A stretch of DNA of 64,000 nucleotides, taken from Candidatus Microgenomates bacterium. Its GTDB lineage: Bacteria > Patescibacteriota > JACPGU01. The position numbers were made by a program, and so were the translations under genes. This document shows, piece after piece, positions 39,486 through 46,058 of the stretch. The notes under the pieces are model-generated. The model did no database searches. It worked only from the letters and a program-made list of their open reading frames with translations, and had not been told where the DNA came from. The stretch lies in contig JACPGU010000004.1 of NCBI GenBank assembly GCA_016188915.1, forward strand, positions 40,198-104,197, in the 5' to 3' direction. Each line of letters opens with the position of its first letter. Position 1 is the first letter of the stretch.

Positions 39486-41027
39486 TTAGCTTACTGTTAT
39501 GTTAGTCCCTGATTGTGGCTTAGTTACAGAAGGCGTATTGGTTATATTCTTAGAAGACGGACTGTTGTTGACCGGATTACTAGAGGCTTCATTTTTCACT
39601 TCAATTTGCCAGTATATTCCTAAATCTTGCATCCATGTTATCTCTTCCGTAACAGGAGTGAAATACGCCTTATAAATACCGGGATCCTTTGGTGCTCTAA
39701 TCATAAATTCAAATCTGGTATGCCAACCTGGTCTGATTTCATCATGAAGCATTGTTATAGCCCTATTACCTGACAGCCACGAATCATAGTCGTAAAACTC
39801 TGAGATATAATCTCTATGTTGACTAGAAGTTCCGAATTTTGATCCACTACCAAGTTTTATAGCATTTATGCAATCTTTATACCATGTGGCCTTGCCAGTA
39901 TTTTTTACTTCTATCCAAACATTTGCTCTTTCTCCTGGATACAAAGTTTCGGGATAAGGAGATTGTTTTATTATTTTGAAGCTATATGAAGATGGCGGAT
40001 ATTGGGGGCAGGTTTTTGTGGATTTTGGTTTACTCGTGGTAGTCACAGAATCTGTGTTACTAGTGTTGTTGCCAGTATTGGGCGTGCTATTATTTGTGTT
40101 GTCTGTAGTGTCAATTTTATTTACACAGTTATCTGTAGCCTTGTCATATGTCCCACCACCTGACCCGAGCATACATATAACGCTTTTCTGCACATCCTCT
40201 TGTGCATTATCTCCTCCCTTGGTTATTTCAATTCCATGCCAGTCATATGTTTCTTCTCCAAAAGCATATTTATACCAAAAATTTATCGTTGCCACTGGTA
40301 TAACATATCCCTCTAGTGTATATCCTATGTTTTGATCTCTGATGCCAGCACTGGTTAGGCCAATAAATTTGCCTTTTTTGTCAAAAGCCGCTCCTCCTGA
40401 GCTACCAAAACTAATTTGAGCATTGGTAACAATTGTCGGCAGTCCTTTATAGGAATAATCAAGTCTTGTTATAAATCCTTTAGCGTAGTTCATATTTCCA
40501 TTTGCATAGTCAGGAAATCCTAGCGTTTTAACTTCATCGTTAATATTCGAGCTATCTCCCAAATCATAGCCATATGTAGAAAACTTAATCGAGTCAAACT
40601 GCAACATGGTGTCACTGATAGGTATATTTGCAATGCTCTGCCATTTACCATCTGCCAACTTGTAATTTATATGAAGTATTGCTATATCAAGCTGTTCATT
40701 ATACTTGGCTGGCACTGTAACCGCCAAGCCTAGATTATGATAGGCATCTGCCAGAAAATCGCACTTGAGTGATTCGTAAGTGCTGGCTTTGTGACAGATT
40801 ACGGCCTTATAGTCGTTCGGATATTTTATTATTTTCTCTGCAACATGATAATTAGTAAGAATTGACAAGTCTGTATATACGCCAGACCCCCATTCTTGTA
40901 AGTTCCAGTTTTTATCAAAAATCTGTATTTGTACCACGGAGCGAACATTGGAATCGGTAACTTGTGCACGGACAAGATTAGGGAATGCTAGCCCGACAGC
41001 AATCATCAAAATGATTATTTTCTTCAT
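39486..41027 (-). CDS. Secreted trypsin-like (S1) serine protease with a Thr/Asn-rich linker and a C-terminal domain
   Basis: Signal peptide MKKIIILMIAVGLAFPNLVRAQ. Catalytic His (TNYHVAEK), Asp (DIAILHI) and Ser (GSSGGAAF). Confidence 0.65.
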   Translation of the reverse strand: MKKIIILMIAVGLAFPNLVRAQVTDSNVRSVVQIQIFDKNWNLQEWGSGVYTDLSILTNYHVAEKIIKYPNDYKAVICHKASTYESLKCDFLADAYHNLGLAVTVPAKYNEQLDIAILHINYKLADGKWQSIANIPISDTMLQFDSIKFSTYGYDLGDSSNINDEVKTLGFPDYANGNMNYAKGFITRLDYSYKGLPTIVTNAQISFGSSGGAAFDKKGKFIGLTSAGIRDQNIGYTLEGYVIPVATINFWYKYAFGEETYDWHGIEITKGGDNAQEDVQKSVICMLGSGGGTYDKATDNCVNKIDTTDNTNNSTPNTGNNTSNTDSVTTTSKPKSTKTCPQYPPSSYSFKIIKQSPYPETLYPGERANVWIEVKNTGKATWYKDCINAIKLGSGSKFGTSSQHRDYISEFYDYDSWLSGNRAITMLHDEIRPGWHTRFEFMIRAPKDPGIYKAYFTPVTEEITWMQDLGIYWQIEVKNEASSNPVNNSPSSKNITNTPSVTKPQSGTNITVS

Positions 41028-41069
41028 ATTTTCTTGTTACTTGTATAAAATATAAAATAAAATTTGCAA

Positions 41070-41180
41070 CAAAAAGGGTCGCCCGATACAGCGGAGTCCC
41101 TTGCGAGCCTCCATGCACACTTTCGAGTGCATACCATATGCATGATACCGATCAGACGACCGTTTATATGCATGTGGTTT
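41070..41180. other. GC-richer structured noncoding segment (candidate small RNA or regulatory hairpins)
   Basis: ATGCAC..GTGCAT hairpin, repeated CATATGCATG / TATATGCATGTGG, ending in GGTTTTTTTGACC. Sits in the 300-bp gap between divergent genes. Confidence 0.2.
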
Positions 41181-41325
41181 TTTTGACCATGCTATCAACA
41201 AATAAGCTGATAGTTTAGGTCTTTTTTACGAATTGTAGCTATATTGTAGCATGGCTAAAAAGCAATGTAAAGTATCAAGGATTTAGTGATATACTTAGAA
41301 TAGAAATATTATTTTTTGTTTTAAT

Positions 41326-41547
41326 ATGAAATATCTACTCGTGTCAGATGATAATCATAAGTACCCAGTACAGGTAATGGATGTATCACAAAGACCACCG
41401 AAATTGGTAAGAAAATTTCCTCCCGGACAGGAGGAGCAAGCAATGGAGTGGGTAACTGAACTGTATGAGAAAGAAGAGAAACAGAAAGAGCAGAAGCAAA
41501 TTACGACTAACCCCGACATCCATGGAGGCAAAGCCATTGAGAATTAG
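41326..41547 (+). CDS. Small hypothetical protein (73 aa)
   Basis: ORF only, acidic C-terminus. Overlaps the next ORF. Confidence 0.2.
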   Translation: MKYLLVSDDNHKYPVQVMDVSQRPPKLVRKFPPGQEEQAMEWVTELYEKEEKQKEQKQITTNPDIHGGKAIEN

Positions 41548-42190
41548 AAAGAATATAGCTGAAGAGACATTTCAGATCCGAGTATCTGACTTTGGCGGTA
41601 AAATCCTAAGGGGCGATCAACGCTCTGAACGGTTTGGCTACTTTACCGCAAAAGGAAATAACGGCATTTTGCAGTTTATTACTTATAGAATAGAGGTAAA
41701 TGACGATTTGCCTTCTATACACCTACATCATTCCACAGAACGAGGAAAAGTCGATTCTTTGCATTTTTCACAGGTGGATCTAGCGAAGATACCATCGTAT
41801 TTTGGTCTTCGCCCCTACCTTAGGTGCCAGCATTGTGGCGATAATGCCTTAGTCCTCTATAAGCCCTCAGGAGCTGACCAATTTCTCTGTCGCAAGAAAG
41901 AGTGTGGCAATATTACTTACGCTTCATCTAATCAAAGTAAGGCTCTCTCGGGACATATAGTGCAATTAGAGAGACTCCATAAGTTATTTGGTATGCGAGA
42001 TGAGATCTCCAAGATATTCTATCGAGGAATGATGACAAAGAAAGCCAAACGCTATATCAACTGGCAGAATAAATGGGGCATGCATGGTATTGATAAGGAG
42101 ATAGCACATTATGCTGAACAACAATATATCCACGCTCGCTCTAAAGTGCTCCAAAATATACAAAGAGAATTGTCTTCCCAGTCGATTTAG
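41465..42190 (+). CDS. Hypothetical zinc-finger protein (CQHCG...CRKKECGN)
   Basis: A CxxC...CxxxxC module. Sits just upstream of the second integrase. Start uncertain. Confidence 0.3.
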   Translation: MRKKRNRKSRSKLRLTPTSMEAKPLRIRKNIAEETFQIRVSDFGGKILRGDQRSERFGYFTAKGNNGILQFITYRIEVNDDLPSIHLHHSTERGKVDSLHFSQVDLAKIPSYFGLRPYLRCQHCGDNALVLYKPSGADQFLCRKKECGNITYASSNQSKALSGHIVQLERLHKLFGMRDEISKIFYRGMMTKKAKRYINWQNKWGMHGIDKEIAHYAEQQYIHARSKVLQNIQRELSSQSI

Positions 42191-42582
42191 CCGTTCTCTG
42201 TAGATTAAGATTCTGGCAAATATTTTATTGGCAATCTCGGTTGTGTAAAGGTGAAAAGAAACAGAATATAGTTGAGCCCAACGGACGACCTGGGGTTCTG
42301 TTGTTTTATTTTGATTAGAATTTGTGGTATTATTCTCAATAGATTTAGACAACTAAGAGCTTTTTTAGCGACATAAATGTTGTCCAAAAATGGCTCTTGC
42401 GTAATGGCTGGGACATTGCTAACATACTGGCAGAAACCGGTGCTCGAATTATGAATATGAAAACTTGAGGTGTAGTAATCTGCTTTCTTTAAGAAAGCCT
42501 CTTGCACTTCACGATTCAATTCGTAATCCGAGCTTTTTTATTATTAAGCAAGAGAGGAGGACATAGCAAACTGGTCGATAAA

Positions 42583-42658
42583 ATATGAATATAAAATTAT
42601 GAATATCTAAATATGAATATGGGAGATTTATACTATTAAAGTTAGGAGATATTCATAT
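42583..42658. repeat. Four copies of the 10-bp motif ATATGAATAT (three direct at 14-bp spacing, one inverted) directly upstream of the second integrase start
   Basis: Read at 42583, 42597 and 42611, and inverted at 42649. Candidate arm-type or operator sites. Confidence 0.5.
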
Positions 42659-42659
42659 C

Positions 42660-43607
42660 ATGACTGATAAATCAAATAAAACATTGTTGCAATGGCACGA
42701 AGAGTTTTGTAGCATGCAACAACATGTTCGTGGATTGCGACCAGCCACTATTGATAGCTTCAGGAATACTTTCAGGGTATTCTCCAAGCTAACCTCAGAA
42801 GATCTTATGCCAGGTATGCTCACTAATGCTTTGATAATTCAATTTTTTACAAAATTGAACACAAGAGAGCGGAAGGTAGGCGTTACCGTTAAATCGGGGA
42901 TAAAGACAAGCACGACGAGCACTTATTACAGTAAGCTAAAGCCATTTTTTGACTATTTGGTCAGGCAGAAAATTATTGAGATAAGTCCATTTGACGGAAT
43001 AGATAAGCCAAAAGTATCGTATGAGGACGTAAAATATCTCAAAAAAGAACAAGTAGAAAAGATATTAACAGCAATCGCTCTTAATGTTGATTGGAAAAAT
43101 GATTTCATTAAAAGCAGAAATCTTGCAATGATCCACATATTATTGTTTACAGGCATCAGAAAAGGTGAGCTGTTAAATCTTAAAGTAACTGATTTTGATT
43201 TTAATACTGGGTTAGTAAAAGTAAATGGGCAAACATCAAAATCAAAAATAGATAGAGAAGTGCCGATAAACACTCGGATCATAAAGATAATCAAAAGCTA
43301 TCTTGCTGACAGAAAGGCATCTAACTGTCCTTTTTTCTTTGTTGGAGAAAGAGGAGAGCGTTTCACCGAATCGGGGCTAAAACACCTGATTGAGAAAATT
43401 AAAGACGCAAGCAATATTAGGTTTCATATTCATCAGTTCCGACATACTTTCGCAATGAATATGGTGAACAAGGGTTGCGATATAGCCAGACTCCAATGTC
43501 TAATGGGGCACAAGGATATTAGACAAACATCCGTATATCTTCGAAAAATGCCCTCAGTTATAGTTAGAAATACGATTGAGTTACTTGATATTGATACCTT
43601 GGTGTAG
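42660..43607 (+). CDS. Tyrosine-type site-specific recombinase/integrase (second copy)
   Basis: C-terminal HQFRHTFAMNMVNKGCDIARLQCLMGHKDIRQTSVYL. N-terminal SAM-like core-binding domain. Lies 250 bp from attR. Confidence 0.8.
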   Translation: MTDKSNKTLLQWHEEFCSMQQHVRGLRPATIDSFRNTFRVFSKLTSEDLMPGMLTNALIIQFFTKLNTRERKVGVTVKSGIKTSTTSTYYSKLKPFFDYLVRQKIIEISPFDGIDKPKVSYEDVKYLKKEQVEKILTAIALNVDWKNDFIKSRNLAMIHILLFTGIRKGELLNLKVTDFDFNTGLVKVNGQTSKSKIDREVPINTRIIKIIKSYLADRKASNCPFFFVGERGERFTESGLKHLIEKIKDASNIRFHIHQFRHTFAMNMVNKGCDIARLQCLMGHKDIRQTSVYLRKMPSVIVRNTIELLDIDTLV

Positions 43608-43621
43608 AGCAATAAAGGTCA

Positions 43622-43740
43622 TTTAAAGGATTGATGTCGGGAAGTGCTTATGATAAGATATAAAGAACAATATCAGTAAAATATTAATAAGCGATAGCGG
43701 TATCAATCCTTTATGGCCTTTGAGCTATTAAAGGATTTTA
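43622..43740. repeat. Three copies of TAAAGGATT (one inverted) between int2 and attR. A similar AAGGATTTT occurs next to attL at 28021.
   Basis: tttaaaggattgat, atcaatcctttat and ttaaaggatttta. Candidate integrase or excisionase arm sites. Confidence 0.4.
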
Positions 43741-43857
43741 TTATCAAAGATAGAGGAATAAGAACAGGTCACCGGCTACTATCGGCCAAGTGGTCAAAAA
43801 TATGAAGTCCGTGCCTATACAGAGCCAAGAACGCGAGAAGATGGGTAGACCTCATAA

Positions 43858-43899
43858 ATGGTAAGGAAAAGGTCACCGGTTCAAATCCGGTCGATGGCT
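43858..43899 (+). pseudogene. 3' half of split tRNA-Thr(GGT): ATGGTAA core (attR), anticodon stem 3' strand, variable loop, T-arm, acceptor
   Basis: ATGGTAA GGAAA AGGTC ACCGG TTCAAAT CCGGT CGATGGC T. It complements the 5' half at 27957-27994 exactly. Confidence 0.75.
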
Positions 43900-43902
43900 T
43901 TG

Positions 43903-43954
43903 GCCACCTTAGCTCAGTCGGTTAGCCTCCGGCCCGGAGGGAGCAACCGCCTTG
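43903..43954 (+). pseudogene. 5' half of a second, decayed split tRNA (Thr-like body) with a 15-nt hairpin inserted in the D-loop
   Basis: GCCACCT TA GCTC AGTCGGTTAG [CCTCCGGCCCGGAGG] GAGC A ACCGC CTTG... The acceptor pairs with AGGTGGC at 44094-44100. Confidence 0.5.
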
Positions 43955-43972
43955 CCCGCCCGCCAAAAACTT

Positions 43973-44045
43973 GCCATCCTAGCTCAGTTGGTAGAGCAGC
44001 CGCCTTGTAAGCGGCAGGTCATCGGTTCGAGCCCGATGGATGGCT
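43973..44045 (+). tRNA. tRNA-Thr(TGT), intact, nested between the two halves of the decayed tRNA
   Basis: GCCATCC TA GCTC AGTTGGTA GAGC A GCCGC CTTGTAA GCGGC AGGTC ATCGG TTCGAGC CCGAT GGATGGC T. Confidence 0.75.
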
Positions 44046-44057
44046 TTGGCAAGTCGG

Positions 44058-44101
44058 GCGCGGTAAGCGGTAGGTCGTCGGTTCGAGCCCGACAGGTGGC
44101 T
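44058..44101 (+). pseudogene. 3' half of the second split tRNA (anticodon stem 3' strand, variable loop, T-arm, acceptor)
   Basis: ...CGGTAA GCGGT AGGTC GTCGG TTCGAGC CCGAC AGGTGGC T. Confidence 0.5.
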
Positions 44102-44146
44102 TTAGGACAAATTAATACTTAATACTTAATACTTAATACAAACTAT

Positions 44147-44317
44147 ATGGCCAGCAAGAAAAAAGGACCGAGAAATATGGTGACGATGGAATGCGCGGAA
44201 TGTAAGGAAAAAAATTATTTTACTTCTAAAAACAAACGCAATACGGCGGAAAAATTGGAATTGAAAAAAAGATGTAAAAGGTGCGGCAAGGTGACAAAAC
44301 ATAAGGAAGGAAAATAG
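44147..44317 (+). CDS. rpmG: 50S ribosomal protein L33
   Basis: MASKKKGPRNMVTMECAECKEKNYFTSKNKRNTAEKLELKKRCKRCGKVTKHKEGK is an L33 zinc ribbon. Below the ORF-track length cutoff. The 70-aa minus-strand ORF at 44126-44338 is spurious. Confidence 0.8.
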   Translation: MASKKKGPRNMVTMECAECKEKNYFTSKNKRNTAEKLELKKRCKRCGKVTKHKEGK

Positions 44318-44423
44318 TAAAAAATTTCTAATTTCCAATTATTAATTTCTAGAAAAATCCCAAATTCTACTTACGCAATGGGTCTTTTTGAGATTTTGTA
44401 TTTGTGTTTGAGATTTTAAAGTG

Positions 44424-44494
44424 TAGGGGTGTCGTTCAACGGTAGGACGCTGGTCTCCAAAACCAGTAACGTGGGTTCGATTCCTACCACCCCT
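44424..44494 (+). tRNA. tRNA-Trp(CCA)
   Basis: AGGGGTG acceptor stem, anticodon loop CTCCAAA, T-loop TTCGATT, ...CACCCCT G. Conserved rpmG-tRNA-Trp synteny. Confidence 0.75.
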
Positions 44495-44938
44495 GCTAGG
44501 AATGTAAAAATTATCTAAAAGAACGGCTAGATGGCCGTTCTTTTAGGTGGGGATTTTCTCCACAATTTTTTCTCCAAAAGTATCTTGCTATAAATTGTCA
44601 ATCGCCTATAATGAAAATGTAGAGATACACATAGTTTGCAACACGTTGATAGATTATGTTGTATTCAGAATTGAATACAGTAATTGTTTTGTTTATGGTA
44701 AAAAAATTACCACCCAAAAATTCAAAAGACAAGATGCCAGGTTTGATTTGCCGGTTGATATATTGCTAGAAAGGAATATCATAAAGAAGATGCCAAAAGA
44801 ATAGCCGAAATCAGCCTGGCTGCTTCTTTTTAAGTATTTATAGGAGGGAACAATTCTATTATCAAAAAACACCCAGAGGATAAAGCCTATTCTTTGGGTT
44901 TTTTAAAAAAAACATAAAGTTATCAATAATTTTTACAG

Positions 44939-45433
44939 ATGATACCTTTTGACGCCAATCAGTTCGTGAATAAAAAAAGAACAAATTTTTCTTTGTGGCA
45001 ACGTTTCAAAAGTTGGCCTACTCATATTCAGGCGACAGTAGCGGCAGTTTTTTTACTAGTCGCCATTTCCTTCGTGGCGTCAGGATTCAAAATCGGTACC
45101 TTTGCCGATACTATTATTGAGACGCCGGTTAATTACAACTTTGACTACAAAGGAGTATCCATTCATACCAAAGCTGAAAGTTTGAGCCCTGGTAGGGCTG
45201 GTACCGCCACCACCAAAAGTGGCGACGAGGTGCTGTTTACTCTTACTATCAATAACGCCGAAACTAGTGCCAAAAAAACCGATGTGCGTTTTACCTTACC
45301 CCCCGGTTTTTTGTATAAAGCAGGCACGGCCAGCAATAGCAATTTTATTCAAAGTGGTCAAATTTTTACCTGGGCTGACTATAGCGCTCAATCTGGCGAT
45401 AGCACGATAACCCTGAAAGCAATTGTCCCATAA
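44939..45433 (+). CDS. Membrane-anchored DUF11-like (conserved repeat domain) protein
   Basis: TM helix ATVAAVFLLVAISFVASGF. GDEVLFTLTINNAETSAKKTDVRFTLPPGF resembles the DUF11/CARDB signature. Confidence 0.35.
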   Translation: MIPFDANQFVNKKRTNFSLWQRFKSWPTHIQATVAAVFLLVAISFVASGFKIGTFADTIIETPVNYNFDYKGVSIHTKAESLSPGRAGTATTKSGDEVLFTLTINNAETSAKKTDVRFTLPPGFLYKAGTASNSNFIQSGQIFTWADYSAQSGDSTITLKAIVP

Positions 45434-45481
45434 ATAATAAAAATGGCTCCAGGGTTATTGATAATGGAAAATTAATATTTT

Positions 45482-46048
45482 TTGATGATTAATCTGTTCA
45501 ATAAAAAGTATGTTCTTTTGGCCACGGTGGCTATTTTAATTATTTTTGGCGCTGGATTTTATTTGTTCAAAAAAGAAAGTCCGGACCCAGTCGCTTTGTA
45601 CGCGGAGCTTTTGGAAGGCAAGGGGGCGGGAGAAAATATTTCTGCAGAAAAGCGTAAAAAACTTTTTGATAAAGTGATTGAAGGATTGGAGCAGCAATCA
45701 AATAAAAGCTCGGAAGATATGAGTTTGAAATTGCAATTGGCAACGGCCTATTATAGCAATCGCTATCTAGAAAAATCGGAAAAGACTTTAAAGGATATCT
45801 TGGCGCAAAATCCGGAGAATGCTTCTCTGTATGTTTCGGTTGGCAATGTCTTGCAGGAACAAGGAAAATATCAAGAAGCGGTATCTTTTTATGATTTGGC
45901 CAAACAAAAGGACAGCCACTTAATCTCTGCCTACATTAACCTATATTTAGTTATCAAAAATAATTTAAACGACCAAGCGAGAGCGCAAAAAATATTGCTA
46001 GAAGCAAAAGTTGCCAACCCAGGCAATGAAGAGTTGAATAGTTTGTAA
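45482..46048 (+). CDS. TPR-repeat protein with N-terminal TM helix
   Basis: TM helix VLLATVAILIIFGAGFYLF and TPR-like repeats. Confidence 0.5.
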   Translation: MMINLFNKKYVLLATVAILIIFGAGFYLFKKESPDPVALYAELLEGKGAGENISAEKRKKLFDKVIEGLEQQSNKSSEDMSLKLQLATAYYSNRYLEKSEKTLKDILAQNPENASLYVSVGNVLQEQGKYQEAVSFYDLAKQKDSHLISAYINLYLVIKNNLNDQARAQKILLEAKVANPGNEELNSL

Positions 46049-46058
46049 AAATATCTCT

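Larger units (their letters stand above)
27995..43857. mobile_element. About 15.9-kb integrative genomic island inserted in the anticodon loop of tRNA-Thr(GGT), flanked by a 7-bp direct repeat ATGGTAA
   Basis: The split tRNA halves at both ends are the main evidence. The island holds two tyrosine recombinases (28234, 42660), a serine recombinase, and its own tRNA-Thr(GGT). Its cargo is AT-rich, mostly minus-strand, and encodes secreted or membrane proteins. I recognised no capsid, terminase or portal genes. Confidence 0.7.

Noticed and set aside
41984-42519. Two minus-strand ORFs (122 aa and 104 aa) between the zinc-finger gene and int2
   Set aside because: They have low-complexity sequence. 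They overlap the plus-strand gene end and the AT-rich int2 upstream repeats. No start or RBS context supports them.
27995-43857. Interpreting the 15.9-kb insert as a tRNA intron or as a prophage
   Set aside because: A self-splicing intron would not carry two integrases, a resolvase and about 20 cargo genes. I recognise no capsid, portal, terminase or tail genes, so I call it an integrative island and not a prophage.
44126-44338. 70-aa minus-strand ORF
   Set aside because: It is antisense to a textbook L33 (rpmG) reading frame on the plus strand.
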